A DNA stretch of 64,000 nt from Oopsacas minuta (taxonomy: Eukaryota > Animalia > Porifera): the NCBI GenBank assembly GCA_024704765.1, contig JAKMXF010000314.1, positions 1 through 64,000 on the forward strand, written 5' to 3'. Both the position numbers and the translations under genes were made by a program. A model generated the notes under the pieces. That model saw nothing but the letters and a program-made list of their open reading frames with translations. It ran no database searches and was not told the DNA's origin. Positions within the stretch are counted from its first letter, which is position 1. Every line of letters starts with the position of its first letter. This document shows, one piece after another, positions 37,250 to 49,151 of the stretch.

Positions 37250-40200
37250 CAGGGCGTCCCATAATTATTGTTGTATCTTTCATCTTATGTTATTATTGCC
37301 ATTAATTGAGAAAAGAAGACAATTATTTTCCAATATATCCTCCTTTCAATTGTATACATGTATCAATACGTGCTGGCATTCCAGTAACTAAATTTTCCAA
37401 GATCAATGGATTAATGTCCCTCCAGCCACTTTTGAGATTTTCTGTTAACTGATTGAGGTTGGTTGAGGGTTTCATCTCATTCAATTTCTCCTGCAAAATA
37501 CTCCACAGATTTTCTATCGGATTTTAATCCGGTGAATTGCCAGGCCATTCCCCTTTGGCCCAAAAGGCGAGCATGCTGTTTTTGCGCCATTCCTGCGTGC
37601 GACTGGCAGTGTGTACTGGTGCCCCGTCTTGCATGAATATGGCCCGACACATGTTAGGTAGTAATTTCCTGGTCAGAATGCTGCCTGCCGTTTTTGAACG
37701 ACCCACCGCAAGTCGATAAGATTTCTCCAATATCTCTTCTACATAATATTGAGAGTTTACAGTCTGTTTAGGAGGAACGAAATGTAATTCTGAGAGGCCA
37801 CGATAGCTCATAATAGCCCAGACCATCACTTTTGGGGGGTTTTTGATAACTTCACGAGGTGGTACATTGGAGCTGTCAGTGGACCAAACCTTATCATTTG
37901 GGCGGAGCTGGGATGAAATAGTTCGTATGGTGATTCATCACTCCACACAGTGGCTTTAAATGGCTATCCGTAGGCTTTAGGGTCTTGGGTACATTTAAAG
38001 TACATAAAATGTATTATGTATCTATGGGTTATTGCATATAACTAGTAGATTGACAGCAAAATATTTTTGTATGGCTTCTATTTTTTGAGTTATGATGACG
38101 TAAGAAAAATTTGTGAAACATATAAACCAGCGTAAATCTATTTAGGTTGGAGATAGGGGTATACAATATATTATTTACTAATGGGTAATCACTATTTATA
38201 GTAGATTGACCAGATTGAGTATTTATATGGCTTCTATTATTCTTGTTATGATGACGTAAGCTAAATTATAAAAGTTGAATTCCTGAAATATCTGTGTTAT
38301 TTCAGGTATTTAGGTAAAGAGTTTACACTAAAATTATGTACCAAGGGGTAAAGTGTCTAGATTATCTATTTAATTTTCTTTTTGCTGTATATTATTACGG
38401 CAATAGCAATTTTATGCATGATGTGAAAAGATTGAAATTTTGGAATTTTAGGGTGACTTGGACATTTTGTGTGTTCTTAATACCTGACGGTTAATTATCT
38501 TGTAAATTTAAATAAAACTATTGTAGCCTTATTGCGATCCAAGTGTTTCGTCCTGGCATGGACTCCTCAGTTGCGTCGCCTTTTCCGCAATACACTTCAG
38601 ATGGATCAGAGTTACTTAACGTTTTCGCCACTGGGGAGATGCCGTTGCGGGTCGCGTTTCCATTATCTGGGCTCGCTATGATTGGGATTGCGTTGCCTGA
38701 ATAGCCTCGGACAGAGGTCCCCACAAGGTTCAATGTACCTTGCCTTTGACCGCTTTCGAAAACTATTTGTATGGAAGTTGAAGATAGAAAACAAGACGCT
38801 ACTCAAATATTAAAGAATTAAATAGTATGTCTTGATCGATACTCTGGTGAAGCAAATTTGTACATTTCAGCCTGCAGGTGTGTCCGATTCCTCCTCATTC
38901 CTTCCACTTAAGAACATTGCAAAAACCTATCACAACTGGACCGATAGATCATTACGTTTACTAAAAACATCATGTTCAGACTTCAATTCTTTGAATCTCC
39001 TCTGAATTGAGTAGAATTTGCCATCTGAAAGATCATATATCTGGATGAAGGAATCGACTGCCGTTCTGATTGATGGCTGAGAAAGAAGAAAATCAAATGC
39101 TTCCTGGTTATTCATTTAGAATTTAAAATATTTGCTAGAAATTTGGTAAATAAAAGTACTATAATATGAATTGCTGATATTCTGAAATTCTTAAAAATTA
39201 ACGGGTCGCTCTATTAAAAATACTTGGTGTTCATTTGCGGGAGGTTGCGGGAGGCTGGATTTAGTTCTAAATTACAGATAATATCATGACAAATCACCCT
39301 AAAACTTGATATTACCTGGCCACGACTGGCCACAGTGAGTTTGAGGGGTAATTGGACCAAGCTATAATGTTGTCCGGACACACTATATGACGTCAAAATT
39401 AGCTGAACCATGGAGAAAATATTCAAAGTGAAATACTTAGCTCTTATCATAATGAGAAGATTATATTCTGAACTAATAATAGGTGAAAACTTAGAGCTGT
39501 CATTCTAATGAGTATTTTTGGATAGAGAGAATTATATGCCTATGTGTAAACATAAAATAGAGATGAATGATGAATTCAATTATAGCTATCCACTAAGCAT
39601 GACATTTGATTACAAAGTAATAGGAATTTTGCAAATAAAATTATCATTCCCAGGTTTCAGACTATGGTGAATTTAATGGTAACATTTTCGAAAGCTTATG
39701 GGATGATGAAAAATTCACTCTAAGGCCTATGGTGAAGCCACTGTGCTCCATAGGACTCGTTTCCACTCATTCAAATTCCAATTTTCCCTTTCAATACAAA
39801 AATTTAGCCGATTTTCCCTCTGTTGTTCAGTCAATTTGGGAATTTTTGGTCTTTTATGGGCAGTCGCTCCAATCGTTTCCTTCAAATAGCGGTGAACAGT
39901 CGATTTAGAGAAACCATAACCCTTTCGCTTGAGTTTTATCGTGATCTTTGTAGTGGATTGACGAATTTTGCCAAGAGATTTGGATATAACTATCTTTGCC
40001 TCCCTTGTGATCGTTTTTGGGCGCCCAGCACCGACCATAAGTCCTAGATCTTGACCTCGTCTATATCGTGCTCACCAACGCTGTATTGTTCTGAGTGATT
40101 TTTCTAAGGTCTTAGCAGCATCTTTCTGCATCATCCCATCAATAATTATTCCGACTGCCCTGTTACGAAGGGTTTCGGGGGAATTTTTGGCATTCATGAT

Positions 40201-40396
40201 GAAATAATTTAACAAGTTGATGAAATACCCGATTGTGATAAATTCACTGCAGAATATATAAGGTTCCATATAAATTCTAATGATAATTCACACTAGTACT
40301 TGTATTTGAAAAACTATACAAATTGAAACCAAAGTGGAAATACGGTAAACGAATATCTACAAATATAGGATACGACAATAATTATGGGACACCCTA
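37250..40396 (-). mobile_element. Tc1-like DNA transposon (DD37E), interrupted by a 1.8-kb insertion
   Basis: TIR CAGGGCGTCCCATAATTATTG / CAATAATTATGGGACACCCTA, TA flanks. Removing the 1800-bp insert and one 5-bp TSD leaves 1342 bp and restores the reading EWKRVLWSDESPY. Confidence 0.93.
37946..39745 (-). mobile_element. Non-autonomous Transib/RAG-superfamily-type element
   Basis: Inverted termini CACAGTGGCTT / AAGCCACTGTG; perfect 5-bp TSD CTCCA (37941-37945 and 39746-39750). Contains only a short N-terminal ORF relic (38930-39115); no catalytic domain is retained. Confidence 0.85.
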
Positions 40397-41869
40397 TATA
40401 ATAAAGCTATGATTATTCCCCCTATAAAAAGTCTTCGCTTGACCCCACTGACCTTCCTACTTATAGACCTTTGGCCAACTTGAAATTTTGTTAAAATTCT
40501 TGAAAAAGTTATTTTAGAGCAGCTAGCCTTGTATCCATTAGAATATGGTCACATCTACCTATGCATTCCGGATACCGAAGTTTTCCTTCAACCAAAACTG
40601 TTCTAATCAAAATTTTACTGATGGAATTTGTGCCCTTGATGAGGGTATAAATGCTGTTTTGATCCTTTTAGTCCTGAGTAGTGCTTTTGATACAGTTGGC
40701 CATGACCTTCTGTTTGAGTGTCTACTGACTAGATTGGCTTTACTGGATACGTTCCGTTCTCCATGGTAAAATCCTGATTCTTTGATAGACATCAAGTTGT
40801 AAGTATTGATGTCGTTCTGTCAGATACGGGGTGTTCCTCAGGGATCTGTTTTTAGACCTTGGCTTTTTAACTATTTATGTCACCAATAGAAGATATTATA
40901 CTTTCCCACAATCTTCCTGTATTACTATATGTTAATGATATCCAACTTATATAACTTTGAAACCACGAGAGAAAGAAAATCTAAATTTAGATTACAAAAG
41001 TGCTCAGATGACCTGAGTGCTTGGATTACTGCAAATTACCATGTCTGCAATCCAAATTAATATAATCTCATAATTTTACATCTAAATATCTCAGTGATTC
41101 CAGTTCGTTTTCAATCAATTTTGGATCCTCTATTATGCAATCTGCTGATGTTACTAGATATATTGGAGTTGATTGGGATAAACACCTATTAATGAAATCT
41201 AATATAAAAAGCAATCTGTAAAATGGCATCATTATCTCTAAATATTATTGGAGTCTTACACAATTATCTTGATAGACCTCAATTGAAAATTTGTCTGTGC
41301 TTGTAATACTTGGAGGTTGGATTATTGTAACGTACTCTGTAGGATCTACCAGATCGTGACATTAACTGACCACAGAGTATACACAAATGCAGCTCCCCAA
41401 CTGGTTTCATGCACAAAATATCTGAATTTATTATTCCTGTATTTATGAACTTACACTGGTTTCCAGTTACACCTCTATGAATACAAAACCCTGATCATTG
41501 TTTACAAAGTTTTACCTGACGCTGTCCTTTATATTTTAAGAGTTTAATATCTTTTCAAAATCTACTTATGACTTTAGATCCACTGCTTTGAACATACTTC
41601 AACAACAAAGGTCTCTAACAAAACATTATGATGACCTTGCATTTCATATCCTGTACCAACACTATATAAATCAATCTTTGATCAAGAAATTCAGCTACAC
41701 TGGAAATATTTAATTAGAAATCAAAACATTCTTATTTACTCCATTTAAGGGCAGAGATTAAGTACTTCTATATATTTGATCGCACATTATGTATATTTAT
41801 CTGTCATTTGACCTGTAAACGCTTTTTAGACTTTTATGGAAAGCATACAAATACTGTAGTATTATTTAT

Positions 41870-42202
<333 letters not shown>

Positions 42203-42619
42203 GTATTTGTGCACCTCTTTTTATAACCCTTGATACGCTACTGTAGAAAGGAATTGTAAATTATAATTGATTCTAGAGCAAGTAGTTACATTTAGTTTTT
42301 AACAAATTGTTATATGGTTTTATATAGTTCTAATTTTGTATTCTAAATTACTACCTCATAAAATTTTGATATTGATATAGCTTATTGAAAATAATCAATA
42401 AGTTTGGTGGGACTTCTACCCCACTATTGTGACATATTTTCATACAGTACTATCTCCTTTTCTTTCGATTACTAGGTGTCAATGTATTTATGCGATGCTA
42501 CATTTTAAGTTCATATTCTGATATTCAATCCTTTTGTAAGATACAATTGCCTTACGTTTGAATATCTATTGCTAGGGCATAACTTTCAATTTAGTACAAA
42601 CTCATCATTTGGTGCTTAG

Positions 42620-42887
42620 ACGAATTTTGTATTGGTTAACCTGTTAACCGCTTTTATAGAACTAAGTTAACCATATGCTTAATCCCCTTAACCAACCCCA
42701 GCCCTGGTTATCATGTCATTAATTATTACAAGTATATGAGAAGTCGGTATGTACACTAACTGGGCCAAAATAGACCAAGTGGTCAGCAAAAGCTATATGA
42801 CCTGACCAATTGGTGACATATTGGAAAAATAGCAGGCAAAGTGGTCAGGTTGAAACTTGACTAACCGGACCTGTTGATCTGCCCTGG
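42620..42887. mobile_element. hAT-type MITE relic, related to 61699-62208
   Basis: TGGTCAGGTTGAAACTTGACTAACCGGA is shared with ~61822-61850; right end ...GCCCTG at ~42886. Confidence 0.55.
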
Positions 42888-43277
42888 CTAAACATTGGAT
42901 TTGCGAATTCGACTTTGGCAACAGTTCACAGATTGCTTTTTACGACGTTTGTTCTGCCTTGAAATCCGAAAAAGTATATCAAACTACATGAGTTTAGTGA
43001 CAAATTGAATATATCCCCCGTTTTAGCCTGCCCAAATTTGTATCGTTAATTCCTATATATATATATACATATATACACATATTTTAGAATCATTTCGTAT
43101 ATATAGTTTTCAAATGCACTAAGCTAAATTTGCGTTCTACAAATTATCAAAGAATGGCATATTTTTACCAACTTAATGCTTTATGGACACATATTTTGCC
43201 ATCTCCCTGGAAGGACAACGATAGCAACGAATTCAAATAGCGAATATTCCATAGTAATCCATTGAAAATGTTATATA

Positions 43278-44607
43278 CAGGGTGTTAAGAAATTGTTTCC
43301 TAATATAATCGAAACTTTCTAAGTAACAGATTTAAACAAACATTCTATTCATTTTCCAATGTACCCTCCCTTTAACTGAATACATTTACTAATACGATTG
43401 GGCATGCTAGCAATGAGTTTGTCTAAAGTTTCAGGAGTTATCTCTGTCCAAGCTTGAATCATCTGTTTCTGAAGCATTTTAGATTTGTTGGGCGTACATT
43501 GTTTCTAGCCTTGTTTGTAACATTCCCCAGAGATTTTCGATTGTGCTTAATTCAGGCGAATTGGGAAGCCAGATGCCCTTCTCCCAGAATTTGAATACAT
43601 TATCTTTGAGCCATTCTTGACATTTTTATGAGGTGTGGGCTGGTGCTCCATCTTGCTGGAAAATCGCCTTAGACATGTCGTACAACTTCTTTTCTCTAAT
43701 ACATTCCCTGTAACACTCTTCCGATGCATTACAGAGGTTAATGTCTTATTCAGAATCTCCTTTATGTAATATTCAGTTTTAACAGTTTGACCTGGGGGTA
43801 CGATATGGAGTTCTGATAAAGCTCGATAGGACATAACCCCCACACTTGTAATTTTCCTGGAAATTTTACACTCTCAAAATGCGGGACTTTATCCATGTAA
43901 TCTGACCAAATTCGAACATTCGGGCAGTTAGAGGGATGAGATAATTTGAAGGGTGATTCATCTGAAGAATAATACTTGCTGCCAATCATTAACTGACCAA
44001 TTTCTCCTCTCCTGGCAAAATTTCAATCGAGCGATTCTATGATTTTCGGCCAATCGTGGTTGGACCTCAGGTTTATAAGGTTTGAGTCTGAGATTTTTCC
44101 GTAGATAGCTATGAACGGTAGCATGTGTATCCAGAAACCATTAGATTTCAAGATATGGGATAATTTCTGTGTGGATCATTGTATTTTTCCAACGTTTTTC
44201 TTCAAGACAATTTTTGAGATTGTTCCTATCACCGTTTTCCTCCATCGGCCACTTCTGTTTGTAAGAGAATCCCCCTTCTTAAAACGTGACCACCATTCAC
44301 GAACGGTTCGACACTGACTCCAATGTTCTTCGACACCTGTCATTCCACCCTTTAACATGCCCATTGCCTGATAACGCAAAGCGATACTGGCTTCCTTGAC
44401 CATCTATTTTAACAATTTATGTTAGAAAAAAATACAAAACTCGCCAATCAAAAGAGTAAACACAACATTCCAACAATATATTTATGTACTGTCCACACAT
44501 ACTGTTACATTGTATTTTCTCAAGCAAATAGTATAAAGTGCATTAGAATATAGGATATGGTTATATTGTATGTTCACAATAGAGGAAAACAATTACTTAA
44601 CACCCTA
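43278..44607 (-). mobile_element. Tc1-like DNA transposon (DD37E spacing), full length, inactivated
   Basis: TIR CAGGGTGTTAAGAAATTGTTT / AAACAATTACTTAACACCCTA, TA flanks, 1330 bp. SSDESPF and QQDGAPAHT...WLPNSPELSTIE. Confidence 0.92.
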
Positions 44608-45170
44608 TACATGTGTCTGATAATTCAATAACTACTAATCTGGTATATACAGCGGTTTCCCAGGATTGGCATACCCATGACTAGCCAGTGGTCCGGACTT
44701 TCAACTCAGGGCAATTCTGGGAAAGACATTTTCTATTATTGGCAGCTGTGGTCCAGTTGTCTGGCATACTCGCCCAAGAGGCTCCCCAGGATTTTCAGAT
44801 TCGGAGCAAATGCACCGTCTGTCCCATACGACTGCCACTGGTTACAAATGTGGTTATTACAGTAAAACCTTCAAATTGAACACTTCCAAGAAGTTAAGAT
44901 CTCAAAAAGATGTACTCCTCTCTCGATCCTATAATGTTCTCTTTTTCTAAACCCATAGTCATTAAAAGTACACACCTCTCATATGTGATTATTTTATTGC
45001 TCCCCAGGGTGTTCACCTTTAAAGATATTACTGTACCTCAATTTGCCCTGATGCATTTTGGCCTAGAAGAGTGTAGATGCTTAAATAAAACCCAAAAACA
45101 ACATCATAAGATTAATACATTATTCATTTCCAATTTTAGAGTATTTTAATATAATTGGTGAATTAAGATC

Positions 45171-45235
45171 GTGTTCCCTCGAAATTGTCAACAATTATCA
45201 TTCTCAGATAATTGTTGATAATTTCGAAGGAATAC
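45171..45235. repeat. Near-perfect inverted repeat (hairpin)
   Basis: TTCCCTCGAAATTGTCAACAATTATC, 7-nt loop ATTCTCA, then GATAATTGTTGATAATTTCGAAGGAA: 26-bp core arms with 2 mismatches. Confidence 0.85.
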
Positions 45236-45499
45236 TTTGGAAGTATAGTTAGGCTAAAGATTATTCGATCCTTTGATAACTAGACATTTTACACCTTCAT
45301 CGCAATGTCTGATGAGTATATCCAGACGTTGAGAATAAAAGTTCCTTTAATAGTTCTTTTGAAATTCATTTTCAATCACCATAACGAACCGAATTGAAAC
45401 AACCTCAAAGTGAATTTAGTTGAATTGTCCGAAATAATATTCTGTAGAGTCATTTTAGCCCTATTATACAACTTGCCACATTATGAAGACACAGTAAAT

Positions 45500-45950
45500 C
45501 TATCATCTACGACATAAATTTTATATCCGAAATTCTGTGATTATATGTGAAACTCACTTTTATATTTGAGTTTTACTTCCGGATTTCAGGTTCTGAAAAG
45601 AAAAACATCTGCCATGCTATAACCATTTGACCAAAGGATTGGAAACATAGTACATTTCAAAGCAATGATTAACGCCTGAATAAGTTTATGAAGTTCTGAG
45701 ATGTTGGCAAAGCTCTCTATTTCCAGGAAGTCGTTGAAAGTTGAATGCCATCAAGTTTGAACCGAATTAAGAATTGCTCAAGTTAATGAGTACTAATTAT
45801 GCTATGTAAAGTGGTTAAAAGATCAGTGTATGAAATTCCTCGCCAACAGCCATATTTAAATTTTGGTCCAGAAGTTTGAATAATGGGAATAATTGCTTGA
45901 ATTTTGATAAACTAATCGCTTAAGTATAATTTCCATGCTGAAGTACATAA
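45500..45950 (-). mobile_element. Possible Ac/ZBED1-type hAT relic
   Basis: VQT*WHSTF (compare TRWNST) at ~45740-45770; otherwise degraded. Confidence 0.35.
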
Positions 45951-46342
45951 CTCATAACACTAAGGAAATAGCATTTAACACGTTACATGTAGTATGAATT
46001 TCCATGAGCCATAGTATAATGGTTCCAGAACACTTCAAAGTATTAGCAAATATTGATATAGAATTTCCGAAAATTTTGTTTGGAAAGGAACATAGTCAAA
46101 AGCCCATATAGGAATGTACTTTGTCAATCACTATACTATTCTACGTCCTGTGCTGGCTTATACCTGTGCTTTAGTTATAGATTCATGATTGTGAAATGTA
46201 TCTGTTTGTACAGAGACCTCTATGTGTCATTTATGAAATTGACTTTGACATTGCATTCCTTGGATAAATTTATCCCCAACGTACTAAAAGTATTCCATTT
46301 TTCCTTTACCATTTTTTATATTCATCTTTTTTGATATTCTAG

Positions 46343-47236
46343 TTGTGCTCCAACCGTGGAAGTTGTTTATGTGGACAGTGTAATTGTGAGATTCAGCAAA
46401 ATCCTGATGATAGAGTATACGGGCAGTATTGTGAGTGTGACAATTTCAATTGTCCCCGAGGATCAGACAATGCAGTATGTGGCGGTAGTTCTCAAGGAAG
46501 ATGCGAGTGTGGGCAATGTGTCTGCCTTCGTCACCCTAACGGTGAATTATGGACACGTGGCACAACTGGTGTTTGTGATTGTACTCCCGATCAAGAACCT
46601 TGTAGAGCTGCTAATGGTAAAGTCTGCGCTGGTAATGGTAATTGTGTGTGTGGGAGATGTAATTGTCCTTCTGAATATACTACAGCCTCTAATTGTCTCT
46701 CGTGTAATGATCCAATGACCTGTAATGCTTTATGTATGAATTATTATGATTGCATTAGATGTTATCGTAGAGAAAATGCAGATTGCAGATGTGGTAATGA
46801 CACTGAAATTCCGGTTGTATTTGTAAACGGGACTATCTCAGGAAATTATGAAATTGATGGAATTAGAGGTACTCCTTGTCTTGTAAATATTGATGGTTGT
46901 TCTACTTCATTTTCTGTTGCAGTTGATAGTTTGGGTGAAATTCGCCCAATTCATATACAATCAGAACCTATTTGTAACTCTCCATTTGCTTTATGGTATG
47001 TACCACCGTTGGCTGTATTATTTGCTCTAATCGTTGCCCTAGTGATTATTCTTATCCTAGTGAAATTGGTTCTTGTGTGCCTCGATATTCGTGAATATCG
47101 AAATTTCACTAAAAACCTACACCTTGACACTCAAAATATGAATGAAAATCCATTGTATCGTAAAGATATTGCTGAAGTCGGAAATCCAATATATAATCAA
47201 GTCAAACAACCTACAAACATTAAACCACTATTTTGA
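46343..47236 (+). CDS. ITGB: Integrin beta subunit, terminal exon (I-EGF2-4, beta-tail, transmembrane helix, cytoplasmic tail)
   Basis: Acceptor AG at 46341-46342. Encodes LCSNRGSCLCGQCNC...YGQYCECDNFNC...CGGSSQGRCECGQCVC...CAGNGNCVCGRCNC, a hydrophobic TM segment, LDIREYRNF, two NPxY motifs (NPLY, NPIY) and stop TGA. Confidence 0.96.
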   Translation: MCSNRGSCLCGQCNCEIQQNPDDRVYGQYCECDNFNCPRGSDNAVCGGSSQGRCECGQCVCLRHPNGELWTRGTTGVCDCTPDQEPCRAANGKVCAGNGNCVCGRCNCPSEYTTASNCLSCNDPMTCNALCMNYYDCIRCYRRENADCRCGNDTEIPVVFVNGTISGNYEIDGIRGTPCLVNIDGCSTSFSVAVDSLGEIRPIHIQSEPICNSPFALWYVPPLAVLFALIVALVIILILVKLVLVCLDIREYRNFTKNLHLDTQNMNENPLYRKDIAEVGNPIYNQVKQPTNIKPLF

Positions 47237-47829
47237 TACCTTGTATTCTTTTGATCTGAAGTATGTATTGGTAAATTGTTAATTATACCATGTTTCAATG
47301 TAATTCTTATTGTATATGTACATCTTTCTTTATTTCAGGTGTGACTTATATTCATTATAGTTATTGTATGTAATTGATCGTCATTGATTAAACTTTCTGC
47401 GAACGTTTTTTGAAGTAATTTGATGTTTTCCTTTCTTAATTCCGCTGGGCCAGCATACAGCCCTATTCAAAATTTTTAGACAGTACTTGATAATCGGAGT
47501 CAAAATTTTGCAAATCTAGACAAGTCCTTGTAATTTCCCCAAAATTATCTGTAATTGTTGTATTGACAATATTACACTTCCATTTAACTATTAGTACCAA
47601 AACCAATTACTTCCGAATCAATTCGTTAGATTAAATCAATCCCTAATTGCTAATTACATACTTGTATATCTAGGAGTACGAATAAGTTTTATGACAAATG
47701 GCTATAAGTCACCAATAATGCCTTAATTTGCAATTCAACGTTAGATTGACATAGTTTATAATAGGAAATTCAATCCCGAAATTGACTCTAAGGGAATTAT
47801 CGTTTTATTAGCTTAAGATCCGGGAATTA

Positions 47830-49151
47830 ATAGGACGTTCAATAAGTCTTTCAGGAGATATCATGGTACATGGTACAAACACTATACACACAAATTCACT
47901 ACAATATTTATTCAAAGTAATCCCCTCCTGCAGATACACAAAGTTTTAAGCTTTCCACCCACTTATAAAACACATTTCTGCACTCTTCTTGAGGATGGAT
48001 TTGAAGTACTGGTACAAGCCCGTTCCGAGTGCTTGTAATGTGTTAAAATTTTGCCTTAAAGGTAGATTTTAAGCAGCGGTAATGGCCAAATATCACAAGG
48101 AGCTAGTCTGGTGAGTATGGTGGATGGCAAAGTAATTCTAGCCCTTCTACATCCAAGAAATTTTTGGTTAGTTTAGCTGTTTGGAAACTGGCGTTATCGA
48201 TTACTATCTTCATTCCTCGAGTTCCGGTTTTGGGTGGTACTTTTCAATATTTTTGTCAAGTTTGGAAGCACTTGCTCTGTGAAGAAAGTAGCAATAACAG
48301 ACTTGCCACTCTCACAGGGTAATTGCACGACAATTCCATGACTACTGAAGAAGATGGTGTACAATATCTTAGGTTTTCGGAATTCGGGTCTAGGAAATTT
48401 TGCCGGTTGTTCATGACCCCTCACCCATGATCGCTTCTTATACTTGCTATATGGTATTGAATAGTATACCCACGTCTCGCCACCAGTAATAATCTCTGTT
48501 AGGCGTCTAGAATCGCAGTTCTCATAAGTTTCCAAGAGTTTCTTGGTGATATTCAGTCGTGCCGACCTTTGATTCTCACTGAGCTTATGCGGGACCCATT
48601 TCCCACAAATCGATCGGTAGCCAAGCTCAGTCGTCAGAATTGTATGAATAGCTCCCGATGAAATCTCCAAACTTTGCTCTAACTGATTGACAGTAATGCA
48701 CTTGTCTTCCAAGACCGTACTTTCAATGAGTGCGATATTCTCTGATGTGGTGGCTGTTACCGGTTTTCCAGATCAAGGAAATCTGTGACATCAGCATCAC
48801 CAGATCTCAAACGGGCAGTCCATCGATCTACCCTAATCTGGAGGGGGAATCCACACGCAATATCTCCTATAGCTCGCTGAAGATTTGTACGGGCTGGATC
48901 TTGAGTTTTGCGGGACTCAATGTAATCTCGCCATTTGATGTTGAAATTATCATCCTTTAACATCATAAATTGAACAGCAAGTATGAATTGACTACAAGTA
49001 ATTATCTCAAAAATCATAATTTGTATTGAATAAGCTTGAACTTCAGTATATAGAGTTTAACTATAAGGGCTTATATTATATGAAAGTTAGATAGATTACA
49101 CGACTAATTCCTGAGATATACATGACCCGCAAGACTTATTGAACGCCCAGA
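47830..49151 (-). mobile_element. mariner-family transposon, frameshifted
   Basis: TIR core CGTTCAATAAGTCTT at both ends with TA flanks, about 1.32 kb. ORF 48194-48712 has KWVPHKL and IITGGETWVY; the N-terminal HTH lies in 48757-49017. Confidence 0.88.

Noticed and set aside
37946-38000. A true 12/23 RSS
   Set aside because: No ACAAAAACC-like nonamer at 12 or 23 nt from the heptamer at either end; only the heptamer matches.
46356-46718. 120-aa alternative-frame ORF
   Set aside because: Shadow frame overlapping the integrin terminal exon.
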